A stretch of DNA of 64,000 nt from an uncultured Parachlamydiaceae bacterium (GCA_963742415.1 CAVULX010000003.1:544001-608000); one strand, 5' to 3'; positions 19,953-29,846 are shown, counted from the stretch's first letter. Notes: generated by a model from the sequence alone, not told the origin. Numbers and translations are program-made.

Positions 19953-20879
19953 ATGCAAGTTAATAATCAAGGTCTTACGGCCTTGCCAAACCCTGTTTTA
20001 CAAAATATCCATAAAAGGGAAAAAAAAACGAATTCACTCCCAGTAGTGGTAATGCCTTCTCATGTCTCGGATTCTGGTCAATCCTCAGGTGATTCACTAA
20101 AAACAAGAGTGAGTCGCGTTTTAACGATAAGTAACAATCTTAATAGCGGAGACAGCGAAAGTGAAGCCCAAAGCAACACGGCTTCGTCAAAAATACAACA
20201 GAATAAAGATCTTGAAGACTCTGAAGAGGTTGAATTAGCTGATATTTCTAATTCTAGCTATAGCTTTGCATCAAGAATCCAAAACACGGAGGATAATGAG
20301 ATTTCAAGCTGTCCTGACACAGACAACGAAAAAGGGGCTCAAAATATAGACAGCAAAAATAGCCCGGAAGAGAGGAAGGTAAGTAGAAGTAAAGACCGGA
20401 ACCGGATAGTACGGAACGAGAAATTGAACACAAGTACAAACACTAACCCTTCCACCATGACCATCACGGATAAGCAATTGAACACAAGTATGAACGCTAG
20501 CCCCTCCGCCATTACCATTGCTTATGACATTGAGTCTCAGAGTCAAATTAGTCAGCAGGAAGGCACCAATAACCCTAATGAGCAATCGGATGGGACCAAT
20601 AATAACAAAGTAGTTCGTTTTGATAACGTGAGCCTTGAGAATACCGAAACCAGTAGTCACGATAAAAGTATTGATGACGTTACTGGGAAAGATCAAGAGA
20701 TTGTGGATAACATGACAAATCAAATTAAGGTGACCCGGTTCAATCGTCGATGTTGCATGATTACTAAAATAGTAAGCGTCTGTTTGTGTGGTGTTTGTTC
20801 TCTTGTTGGAGCGGCTGCGGTAATTTCCATTCCTCTGGTTATTCGTTATGGAACCGGTAGCAGTGGAACGGGAGGGTAA
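19953..20879 (+). CDS. Low-complexity S/N/T-rich protein with C-terminal Cys-rich TM anchor (effector/Inc-like)
   Basis: SD GGAGG; disordered body; single hydrophobic C-terminal segment. Confidence 0.7.
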   Translation: MQVNNQGLTALPNPVLQNIHKREKKTNSLPVVVMPSHVSDSGQSSGDSLKTRVSRVLTISNNLNSGDSESEAQSNTASSKIQQNKDLEDSEEVELADISNSSYSFASRIQNTEDNEISSCPDTDNEKGAQNIDSKNSPEERKVSRSKDRNRIVRNEKLNTSTNTNPSTMTITDKQLNTSMNASPSAITIAYDIESQSQISQQEGTNNPNEQSDGTNNNKVVRFDNVSLENTETSSHDKSIDDVTGKDQEIVDNMTNQIKVTRFNRRCCMITKIVSVCLCGVCSLVGAAAVISIPLVIRYGTGSSGTGG

Positions 20880-20980
20880 TTTCAAAATCCTGGTCTTTGA
20901 CGTAGTATCTAATAAATGATATAATTGAATTAGTTAGTTTTTATTTGCTTATTACTTGAATACGAAGTCAAGGAGAAGTA

Positions 20981-21379
20981 ATGGAAACGTTTACTATAGC
21001 TTTGTTTGGTGAAGCGGAAAAGGGAGAATATATCATTCCTTATTTTTGCCAGTCATTGCCGCAGCTCGTCGATTATTTAGGAAATCCTCCCCCTGATAGC
21101 CGTGGTTTGTTTTTTGCTGTTCAAGCTTTGCTGTATCATCGCAATCTTTTATTTCTTCGCGTGCGGGAAGAGGGATTCAGCATGCAAGATTATCTCAAAG
21201 GGGTTCATTTATTAGAAAAAATGGAAAATGTCCCCCATATTGATGCTTTTGGCTTGCCTGGAGTGGGCGACGGGGAGATCATTGACGCGGTTGTACCACT
21301 GTGTATGAATTATCACAGTATCTTGATTACTACGGAATCAGATCTGTTTGATTATCTGACACTTAACACAAAAAACTAG
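20981..21379 (+). CDS. Conserved chlamydial hypothetical protein (CT602-like)
   Basis: 'IALFGEAEKG', 'RVREEGFS..DY..G', 'LPGVG'; convergent with ahpC. Confidence 0.75.
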   Translation: METFTIALFGEAEKGEYIIPYFCQSLPQLVDYLGNPPPDSRGLFFAVQALLYHRNLLFLRVREEGFSMQDYLKGVHLLEKMENVPHIDAFGLPGVGDGEIIDAVVPLCMNYHSILITTESDLFDYLTLNTKN

Positions 21380-21479
21380 TTTAGTTGCGTTGGACAAAAT
21401 GGACGAAGTGGACTTTGAGGAGAAGAAATTGTTGTCAAGTCGATGCTGATTTGACATCTATATCTGCAAAAAAAGAATT

Positions 21480-21674
21480 TTATGCCGTCCCTACAGGACT
21501 CTGTTTTTTTTGCATTTTACCCAGGCCTTCGCTTCGCTACGACCTGGGCTATGATATTCCGCGCCTTCGGCGCTGAAAACGGCCTGAAAGGCCGAAATGT
21601 TAAAGCCCAGGTCGTAGCGAAGCGAAGGCCTGGGTAAAATGCAAAAAAAACAGAGTCCTGTAAGGACGGCATAA
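21480..21674. repeat. Palindromic element family A copy 2
   Basis: Near-perfect long arms with internal GCGCCTTCGGCGC and GGCCTGAAAGGCC hairpins. Confidence 0.92.
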
Positions 21675-21837
21675 AAAATTTGCAAGCTTTTGAGGCTAAA
21701 AGCCCAATTCTTTGCAAATTTATTTAGATCAAAAATGCATGCATACATCATTTTCAAGGGGAAATTTCTACTAATTCAGTACCGACGGTCAATTTTGTCC
21801 ATCCTGTCCACCACGTCTATTTTTGTTCGCAAATGCA

Positions 21838-22431
21838 TTAATGGCTTAAATGGGTAAAATAGCGCTCCAGCCCTTCTTGGGAAGGTTGCATGCTTTTTTT
21901 GCCATGCTGCCAATTGGCCGGGCAGACCTCTCCATGCTTTTCAAAGTAGGTTAGGGCATCGAGGATACGCAATGTTTCATCCACAGAACGTCCCAAGGGA
22001 AGATCGTTCACAAGTTGATGCCGGACGATCCCCTCTCGGTCGATGAGAAATAATCCCCGATAAGCGATCCCTTCTTGCTGATTTAAAACGCCATAATCCT
22101 TGGATATGGTTTTGTTGAGGTCGGAAACAATCGGATAGTCGACCCCTTGGATTCCCCCTTTGCTTTTGGGAGAATTCAACCAGGCATAATGACTGAAGCA
22201 GCTATCGACGGAGCATCCGATCACCTGGGCGTTCCGTTTTTCAAATTCTTCCAACTTTTCCTGAAAAGCATGTAATTCCGTCGGACAAACAAAGGTAAAA
22301 TCGAGTGGATAAAAAAAGAAGACGACATACTTACCCCGAAAATGGATTAATGAAAAATTCTCGACGATACGGTTTCCGGTGACCGCTTTAGCTTTGAAGT
22401 CTGGTGCCGGTTTGCCGACGAGAGTATCCAT
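21838..22431 (-). CDS. ahpC: 2-Cys peroxiredoxin
   Basis: 'FYPLDFTFVCPTE' and 'GEVCPANW'. Confidence 0.97.
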   Translation of the reverse strand: MDTLVGKPAPDFKAKAVTGNRIVENFSLIHFRGKYVVFFFYPLDFTFVCPTELHAFQEKLEEFEKRNAQVIGCSVDSCFSHYAWLNSPKSKGGIQGVDYPIVSDLNKTISKDYGVLNQQEGIAYRGLFLIDREGIVRHQLVNDLPLGRSVDETLRILDALTYFEKHGEVCPANWQHGKKSMQPSQEGLERYFTHLSH

Positions 22432-22451
22432 AAAATTTCTCCTTGTTATAA

Positions 22452-23087
22452 TTATCGATCAAAAATTTGTTTCGCATTTGGAAGCCAAGATTCTTTCTTG
22501 ATTGTGGTGGAAGGACCGTGCCCGGGGTATACAGCGGTATTTGGAGGGAGGTGTGATAATTTATCTAAAGAGGTCCACATCAGCTCGGGTTGTGAAGTAG
22601 GGAAAGAAAGGTTGCCGATAGATCCTTTGAATAAAGTATCGCCGGAAAAGAGGACCCCTTGTTCTTTCGCATACAAACAAATCCCTCCTGGAGTATGTCC
22701 CGGGGTGTGAATGATATGGAATTGAAGTTGCCCGACCTGCACAAAGGCGCCATCATTTAAAAATCCGTCAGGGGTAATCCCCTCGATCGAAAGCCAGCAA
22801 GGGAGGCCGTCGGCGCCAGGTTGCTCCAAATTGGGGGCATCCAGGGAGTGGATAAAAACTGGAATTTGATAGAGGGCTTTTAGGGGGGCGACATCGGCAA
22901 TATGGTCCCAATGGGAATGGGTGAGAAGGATCTGGGTGGGGGTAAGCTTTTGTTGTTTCAAATAGGAAGAAATAGGTCCGGAACTTTCGGGAGCTGGATC
23001 GATGATAGCAGCCATTCTTGTCGTAGGACAAGCTACAACATAGGCGTTGGTTTCAAAGGGTCCTGATGGAAAAGATTGAATTATCAT
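22452..23087 (-). CDS. MBL-fold metallo-hydrolase (glyoxalase II/YcbL-like)
   Basis: 'THSHWDHI', 'HTPGHTPGG', 'FSGDTLF', 'YPGHG'; start MIIQSFPSGPFETNAY. Confidence 0.92.
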   Translation of the reverse strand: MIIQSFPSGPFETNAYVVACPTTRMAAIIDPAPESSGPISSYLKQQKLTPTQILLTHSHWDHIADVAPLKALYQIPVFIHSLDAPNLEQPGADGLPCWLSIEGITPDGFLNDGAFVQVGQLQFHIIHTPGHTPGGICLYAKEQGVLFSGDTLFKGSIGNLSFPTSQPELMWTSLDKLSHLPPNTAVYPGHGPSTTIKKESWLPNAKQIFDR

Positions 23088-23161
23088 CGCACCGGAGAGG
23101 GTTCGAACCTCCAACCGCCCGGTTCGTAGCCGGGTACTCTATCCTATTGAGCTACCAGTGC
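23088..23161 (-). tRNA. tRNA-Arg(ACG), CCA not encoded
   Basis: gcactgg/ccggtgc acceptor stem, cccgg-ctACGaa-ccggg anticodon arm, ggaggTTCGAAccctct T arm. Confidence 0.97.
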
Positions 23162-23210
23162 AAAAGAGAAAAACTATCATGCAATATTAGATTATTTTTC
23201 TCAAGCAAAA

Positions 23211-24449
23211 TCAGGCTGTTGGTGCTTTCATATCAATCATATCAGCAGAATACTCCTTGGGTAGCGGGAGGGGTCTCTTTTGTTTGGATTCACATTTTTG
23301 CATCAGGTATTCTGCAAGTTGGAAAGGCATAGTTGCTCTCGGGATGGCTTTCATGATGAGATGATTCTTTTGTATTTCACTATCGTTTTCGATTTTTTCT
23401 CTCAATTTCGCTGGATCTTTTAAAACTGTTTCCCATTCAGCATCTTTTTCCTTAGCTTGAACTAAAACTGTTTCCTGTTCATCATCTTTCCGCACTTTTT
23501 TGGCAATTTCGGCAGATTGGAGGATCCGTGTCACAAACTCGGAACAAATCATCTTTTGCAGGTGTCCTTTACTGTTTTTTATAGGTGTTTGATTATTAGA
23601 CAAATCGATAAATGCTCTGGCTGTGGATTTTCGTACCATCTTATCTCTAATTGGCCTTAACCATTTGATGAAGCTGCCGTTGCCGAACAGGGGAGTGAAA
23701 CCTCCTCTCAAATAATAGAATTTGGGTACCTCTTTGTACGATTTTCCGCCTTTAAATAATTCTATTTCATCAATAGTCGCCGTTCTGGAAAAGTCGCTTA
23801 TCAGTTTTGCGTCCTCGCTAGGCGGGACAAAAACAACGAGATGGGAATAATCATCAGTCCCGAGCTTCCAAACTTTGGTTCTTAATCCAGTGGATCCCGA
23901 TTCTGAAACCCAAACAGCCTTATCTTTTTCCCCTAGTTTAATCTCATAGTCACCAAGTCTTTCGATTTCAGTTTGCAAAATCTTTTTGTGATTTCTTTTA
24001 GAGGGCCAAGAAAGAAAGTTGAACCCATAATGTATTTCTTTGAGTTGCTCTTCTTTTTTTAATTTAAGCTCGTTAGCTTCGTCTTCATTTTTTTGTGAAA
24101 AAGGGCCTTGCAAAACAAAAGCATGCATCAGTTCTGCTTTCTTAAAGACTTTATCATTTAAAAGCGTTTTTTTCCCCTCAGGATAATGCTTTTTCACCAT
24201 GCTTTTTGACGTCTCGCTAGGAACTCGATCGTAACGTGAGCCAAACCACATCTTCATGGTTTGGAATATCTTGATGACAGTGTGGACTTTATCCCTTTTA
24301 TACCAGGGATTCTTATCGATCCCTACCACAACGGCACCGTTGAGTTCCCCTCTATTTAGACGCTCTTTGAGTTCTCCCCAATTTACCTCATTTTTAATCA
24401 CGTGCATTTCCCAGCCTGGGAATTGCGCTTTCATTGAAATTTCATTCAT
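23211..24449 (-). CDS. Hypothetical protein, possible permuted papain-like (NlpC/P60, YiiX-type) enzyme
   Basis: 'MHAFVL' upstream of 'MICSEFVTRILQSA' and terminal 'TMPFQL'. Confidence 0.55.
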   Translation of the reverse strand: MNEISMKAQFPGWEMHVIKNEVNWGELKERLNRGELNGAVVVGIDKNPWYKRDKVHTVIKIFQTMKMWFGSRYDRVPSETSKSMVKKHYPEGKKTLLNDKVFKKAELMHAFVLQGPFSQKNEDEANELKLKKEEQLKEIHYGFNFLSWPSKRNHKKILQTEIERLGDYEIKLGEKDKAVWVSESGSTGLRTKVWKLGTDDYSHLVVFVPPSEDAKLISDFSRTATIDEIELFKGGKSYKEVPKFYYLRGGFTPLFGNGSFIKWLRPIRDKMVRKSTARAFIDLSNNQTPIKNSKGHLQKMICSEFVTRILQSAEIAKKVRKDDEQETVLVQAKEKDAEWETVLKDPAKLREKIENDSEIQKNHLIMKAIPRATMPFQLAEYLMQKCESKQKRPLPLPKEYSADMIDMKAPTA

Positions 24450-24543
24450 ATAATCACCAAATTATTATTAATTAATATATTATTATAAATAAAATTAATT
24501 AAGATATTATTAAGAATTAATTACTATTTATTTAAAACAATAA

Positions 24544-25608
24544 TTATTTTGAATAAGTTTTTACAAATTCTTGCCCTAGCTTTTCGATCGCATCGTAATA
24601 AGAAGGGTTCCAAAGAAGGTGATCCACTAGGGGGATCCCGGACCATGTATCGAGATAGACGATATTACATGATGCGGGATTCCAAAGGCCGCGAAAATAA
24701 TCGATGGGATCGAGGTAACAAACGCCATCCCGTTTACTGACATAATTGACCACTTTTTTAAAGTCTTTATTTCGAACCATGGTGGGGGAGCCTACGGTAT
24801 AAACGGTGATCATTTTTAGTTGTTCCGGGGTCGATAGCTTTTTTGCGTTATTGGTTTCTGTTCCGCCGATGCTATGGGCGTAATGGATGATTTTTCCACC
24901 CCCATGAATGCCTCCCATCTCATGGATCAATTTTTTCCATACATCGCCGATCAGTTGGGCTTGTGATGAGATAAAACGGAATTTGGCTGCAAGGCAACGG
25001 ATCATGTCACGAGACCACCCTTCATACGGTCGAAAAATGTAATGGATGTTTGTGTACCCATGCAGTTTAGAAAGGATATCTAAGTTTGTCTGTTGATCTT
25101 CGGGTAAATTTAGAATGCCGTTGGCAAAGGTGATCCGAACTTTATCATGGATTTCTCCCTTGCCATAAACACCCACTTTTGCGGGATAGCACTCCAATCC
25201 TGAAATCCGATAGAGGGGATGCTGCCGGAAAGAGAAATACAAATTTGAGATTCGAGATTCTATTTGTTCCAAATCATGGATTGAAAAAAGAAAAAAGGTC
25301 TCTGTCCACTCGAAATTTGCTTGCGATTCATTTTCGTATTTCAAAGAAAGTTGGACGGAACGGTCGTCGAAAGTTCGGCATGAGATGGATAAGTGGTTTG
25401 TAGTAAGAGCCCCATCTTGAACAGGGAGGGGATTTGAGTCGATGGTTTGCGTGCATGAACCAGTCTCATCATAAGAGTAGTTTTTTTGGATAAAGGTGGA
25501 ACCGTCTTCATAGGTAAACGTTGTTGATGCCGATGGTGCATCAGCGTGGGCAGTCCCATTGGCATAAAATAGAGATAAAAAACACAAGAATGTGCGGTGC
25601 GAAAGCAT
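24544..25608 (-). CDS. Exported protein with short Rhs/YD-like stretch and DUF687-like alpha/beta-hydrolase domain
   Basis: Signal peptide; 'YSYDETG'; 'ITFANGILN', 'IIHYAHSIGG', 'VYTVGSP', 'NYVSKRDGV', 'VDH'. Confidence 0.6.
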   Translation of the reverse strand: MLSHRTFLCFLSLFYANGTAHADAPSASTTFTYEDGSTFIQKNYSYDETGSCTQTIDSNPLPVQDGALTTNHLSISCRTFDDRSVQLSLKYENESQANFEWTETFFLFSIHDLEQIESRISNLYFSFRQHPLYRISGLECYPAKVGVYGKGEIHDKVRITFANGILNLPEDQQTNLDILSKLHGYTNIHYIFRPYEGWSRDMIRCLAAKFRFISSQAQLIGDVWKKLIHEMGGIHGGGKIIHYAHSIGGTETNNAKKLSTPEQLKMITVYTVGSPTMVRNKDFKKVVNYVSKRDGVCYLDPIDYFRGLWNPASCNIVYLDTWSGIPLVDHLLWNPSYYDAIEKLGQEFVKTYSK

Positions 25609-25790
25609 GCTTATTTCCTCTCATTATGTTCGGAGGGAATTGTACATATTGTCCCTTTTGAAACCAAATTCAGAATATTAATGAAGCTTCAAAGCTTACA
25701 CAAATAATGCTTGCGCCCTGATCAGGATGCCGTTAAATTGAGTTCGTCTTGTGCGTAGACCCTGTTCATGGGAGAAGGAGTGGCCGCGGA

Positions 25791-27160
25791 ATGATGAATA
25801 TCGTGATTATTGGGGCTGGAGATGTCGGACGTTACATTGCATCGATGCTTTCGAAAGAAAACCACAATGTCATCTTGGTAGAAAAAAACAGCAAAATTCT
25901 TGAAGAGGTTGCTTTTAATCTCGATGTGGCGACAAGGGTTGGCTCAGGAACAGACTGGCAGCTTCTCGACGACTTGATGGAGCTCTCCCCAATCTTCTGA
26001 TAGCATTGACTGATGACGATGAAACCAATCTCGTCGCTTGTGCGATCGCCAAAAATTTGGGATATCCTCGGACCGTAGCAAGAGTACGAGACAACCGTTA
26101 CCTCAACAAAACGCGGCTTGACTTTTCCCGCATTTTTGATGTGGATTCTTTTATTGGCCCTGAGCTTTTGGTGGCCCACGACATTTTGAAATACATGATC
26201 AGTCCGGGATCTTTGGCGATCGAAAATTTTGCTCATGGGGCCTTGCAAATGCGCACTTTTGCTGTCCCTTCCAAGTGGCGAAAGTATGACCAGCCGTTGA
26301 GCGATCTCCGTTTGCCTGAAGGGATGATGATCGGTCTAATTCGTCGCGAAAATATGGGAGGGACTGCTTCAAGCCCTAAAACTGAAATTATATTTCCCCA
26401 TGGAAACGACGTTGTTTTGCCTAATGATGAAGTGACCATCATCGGTGAAACGGATGTTGTCGCTGAAGCGCACCATTTTTTTGGGATTACTCAAAAGGCT
26501 GTGCGTTCGGTGGTGATTGTTGGGGGATCTTTAACAGCCATTAATTTGGCTAAGCTGTTAGAACATCGTGAGGTCGATGTAAGAATTATCGAAAAAGATT
26601 ACGCGACATGCTGCTCAATGGCCGATCAGCTGCCACGTTCGAATATTATCAACCACGACGCAACGGATTATCAGTTTTTGCAAGCCGAAAAAATTGGACG
26701 AGCTGATGTTTTAGCGGCATGCACCAAAAGCGATGAAGTGAACTTGCTTGCTGGGCTCCTTGCAAAGCAGGTGGGATGTCAAGATGTGGTGGTCACCTTG
26801 TCGAATACGAGCTATACCCCTTTTGTTTCACAATTGGGCTTAAATTATGCCGTTTCCCCAAGGATCAGTGCTGCTAGCCACATCCTTTCCCAAATTTTAT
26901 CTGGCAGAGTGACTTCTTTGATCTCCCTCTATGAAAATCAAGCTGAAATTATGGAAATCAACGTTTCTTTAAATTCAAAAGTGGTTGGTATCCCCCTTTC
27001 TGAACTTGGACCTCTCCTTCCCAAAGATTTGCTCATCGCCATGATCCAAAACCGGGGAAGGATTATGATTGCCCACGGGAACCGAATTATATCCCCGGGA
27101 GATACTGTAATTGTCATAACAAGACCCTATCATGTCGAAGAATTGAAAAGAATATTTTAG
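25791..27160 (+). CDS. trkA: Trk system NAD-binding subunit TrkA, split by 1-nt deletion near 25990 (possibly sequencing error)
   Basis: 'NIVIIGAGDVG' in first frame continues as 'LLIALTDDDETNL' if C4 run were C5; two RCK repeats. Confidence 0.88.
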
Positions 27161-27170
27161 CCAATGATTT

Positions 27171-28820
27171 ATGTATTATAGAGATATCAATCGGATCTTC
27201 GGTTTATTTCTTTACGGATTGTCGGGCGCATTGATGATCCCTTTCATTCTTGCGGTTTATTATGAGTATTTTGCCGACCCTTTAGTTCATCCACAACCCC
27301 ATTCGACCGGAGCTTTTTTATTGACGGTTGTGATTTGCTTGTCCACTGGGGCCCTGTGCCATTTTTTTAGCAAAGGGGCTACAAGGCATCTTTTCCGTAA
27401 AGAAGGCCTTGTTGTCGTCGTTTTGATTTGGGTATTGTCCCCTGCTTTTAGCTCCCTCCCCTTTATCTTGAGTGGAACTTTGAAAAATCCTTTCGATGCT
27501 TACTTTGAAGCTGTTTCCGGGTTGACCACGACGGGGGCCACAACGATGCAGGCAAAGGCTTATGATTCCCAAGACAAGGAAATCCCGATTCGACGGACTG
27601 TAGCCGGGCCCTTGGTGACCGAATATGTTTATTATGGGACGATAGAGCCTGTACGTGATCCGGTGACTCATCAAATCTTACACGAAGGGGTTGAAGCTGT
27701 CAGCAAGGCCCTATTGTTTTGGCGTAGTTTCATCCAGTGGCTTGGAGGGGGAGGAATCGTTGTTTTATTTGTGGCGATTCTGCCTATTTTTGGAGCCGGG
27801 GGGCGAGTGTTATTCCAGACAGAAGTTGCGGGTCCCATTAAGGATGCTTTAACACCCAGGATTAAAGAAACGGCAATTGCACTTTGGAAAATTTATTTAG
27901 TGTTAACGGTCTTTCAGATTGCACTCTTGTTAATAACGAACTCACAGATGGAATGGCTCGATGCCACGACAATTGCCTTCAGCGCCCTTTCGACTGGAGG
28001 GTTCAGCATCCGCAACGCAAGCATTGGATATTATCATAATGCGAATACGGAATGGGCTGTCATCCTTTGCATGCTTTTGGGAAGCATTAATTTTTCGGTC
28101 TATTATTTTATCTCTATAGGCAAAATTTTTAAAATTTTTAAACCCGAAATCATCCTTTATTTTGCCATCATCTTATTTTCTGCTGCATTGGCGGCCAAGG
28201 TTCTCATTGGTCAGCCTCAACAACTGTTGACTGGCGAACCTATCGCCCCATTTTCTTTTACCGAAGCTTTGAGGTCTGGAACCTTTCAAATCGTCTCAGC
28301 TATATCGACAACGGGTTTTGCAACGGCAAATTTCGATATTTGGCCTTACATCGTTCAGGCCCTCATGCTCATCGTGATGTTTGTAGGGGGGATGTCCGGT
28401 TCTACAGCGGGCGGCATCAAAATTATGAGGCATTATTTACTCTTTCGCATTGCCCAACACAAAGTTGAAACATTATTTCATCCAAAGAGAATTCAATCCC
28501 TTAAAGTAGCAAACAAAGAAGTGGATAACTCGGCCATTGTGATGACTCTTTGTTTCTTTTTAATCCTTATTTCGGTATCGGTAGCAGGCACCTTCATCTA
28601 TATCTTAGATGGGATTGACCCTCAAACCTCCCTAAGCCTTGTGGGATGCATGATCAATGGAACAGGATTGGCCTTTAGAGCAGGCAATCCGCTGGACTCT
28701 TGCGCCTTTTTGTCAAACTTTGGCTGCCTTTTCTCCTCCATATTAATGATTATGGGACGATTGGAATTTTTCGCCATTCTTGCCCTCATGGTTCCGGCAT
28801 TTTGGAAAAAAAGCGAATAA
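27171..28820 (+). CDS. trkH: Trk system potassium permease TrkH
   Basis: 'FEAVSGLTTTGAT', 'QWLGGGG', 'STGGF', 'GSTAGGIK', 'GRLE'. Confidence 0.95.
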   Translation: MYYRDINRIFGLFLYGLSGALMIPFILAVYYEYFADPLVHPQPHSTGAFLLTVVICLSTGALCHFFSKGATRHLFRKEGLVVVVLIWVLSPAFSSLPFILSGTLKNPFDAYFEAVSGLTTTGATTMQAKAYDSQDKEIPIRRTVAGPLVTEYVYYGTIEPVRDPVTHQILHEGVEAVSKALLFWRSFIQWLGGGGIVVLFVAILPIFGAGGRVLFQTEVAGPIKDALTPRIKETAIALWKIYLVLTVFQIALLLITNSQMEWLDATTIAFSALSTGGFSIRNASIGYYHNANTEWAVILCMLLGSINFSVYYFISIGKIFKIFKPEIILYFAIILFSAALAAKVLIGQPQQLLTGEPIAPFSFTEALRSGTFQIVSAISTTGFATANFDIWPYIVQALMLIVMFVGGMSGSTAGGIKIMRHYLLFRIAQHKVETLFHPKRIQSLKVANKEVDNSAIVMTLCFFLILISVSVAGTFIYILDGIDPQTSLSLVGCMINGTGLAFRAGNPLDSCAFLSNFGCLFSSILMIMGRLEFFAILALMVPAFWKKSE

Positions 28821-28824
28821 CTTT

Positions 28825-29772
28825 ATGCAAATAGAAATCGGGCTCTGGATAGGATTTTTGCTGTTTATTTTGATGATGATGTGCTTAGATCTCGGCGTTT
28901 GGCGGCGCACCCCCCATGTGATCGAGGCAAAAGAAGCTCTAGTTTGGTCAGCATTTTGGATCCTTATCTCATTCTGTTGGATGTTCATCGTTTATTTTAT
29001 TTATGAAAACAAATGGATGCCGAATAGTATTTTAGATGGGGAAACAGCTGCAATTCAATATATCACAGGGTATGTCGTTGAAAAAACATTGAGTCTAGAC
29101 AACATTCTCATCATCGCTTTGGTTTTCACCCATTTTCATGTTCCCCTTCCTTTTCAACACCGTGTGTTGACTTGGGGGATCTTGGGGGTGTTAGTGCTCC
29201 GGTTTGTGATGATCCTCATTGGTGCGGCTCTTTTACAGGAATACGCTTGGGTTTCCTATATCTTCGGCGCGATTCTCTTCTACACAGCCATCAAGATGTT
29301 GACGATTCAACATGAGTCGATCGATACAAAACATAACATTTTGGTTTTGTTCGCACGTCGTTATTTTCCCGTGACCGAAGAGTTCCATGGAGAAAAATTT
29401 TTCGTTCGTGTAAAGGGAGATTGGTATGCGACCCCCTTGCTTATCGCTCTTCTCGTTATCGAAAGCTCCGATGTCCTTTTTGCTATAGATTCCATCCCCG
29501 CCATTTTTGCCATCACCGATGACCCCTTTCTCGTCTTTACATCCAATATATTCGCCATTATGGGATTGCGATCTTTATATTTTATTTTATCCGGATGGGT
29601 CCAACGGTTCACCTATCTCAAAACAAGCCTTGTTTTTCTCTTAGCTTTTATCGGAGTAAAAATGGTCTTAATCCACCATTACCAAATTCCTGCTCTCGTC
29701 ACATTGATTGTAATTTTTTCCATTTTGACTGTAGGGATTATCGCATCTCTTCTCTCATTAAAAGGTCGATAA
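28825..29772 (+). CDS. TerC/Alx family membrane protein
   Basis: 'EKTLSLDNI', 'QHRVL.WGILG', 'DVLFAIDSIPAI', 'GLRSLYF'. Confidence 0.93.
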   Translation: MQIEIGLWIGFLLFILMMMCLDLGVWRRTPHVIEAKEALVWSAFWILISFCWMFIVYFIYENKWMPNSILDGETAAIQYITGYVVEKTLSLDNILIIALVFTHFHVPLPFQHRVLTWGILGVLVLRFVMILIGAALLQEYAWVSYIFGAILFYTAIKMLTIQHESIDTKHNILVLFARRYFPVTEEFHGEKFFVRVKGDWYATPLLIALLVIESSDVLFAIDSIPAIFAITDDPFLVFTSNIFAIMGLRSLYFILSGWVQRFTYLKTSLVFLLAFIGVKMVLIHHYQIPALVTLIVIFSILTVGIIASLLSLKGR

Positions 29773-29846
29773 ATGGCGCCAAAATTATCCTTGCTTCTCA
29801 ATCCTTTAAGGCATAAAATTTAAGGTTTAAGAGATGAAGGACGAGT

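Noticed and set aside
21385..21757. Short ORFs over palindromic elements (also 4418-4609, 43524-43964, 46664-46876, 54229-54450)
   Set aside because: They are translations of non-coding repeats or antisense overlaps, with no SD or protein-like features.
22452..23114. ORF-track start at 23114, and RNase Z identity for the MBL gene
   Set aside because: The upstream start lies inside the tRNA; the motifs are glyoxalase II/YcbL-like, not RNase Z.
25690..25790. c-di-AMP or Mn riboswitch upstream of trkA-trkH-terC
   Set aside because: No recognisable ydaO or yybP-ykoY conserved motifs and no terminator.
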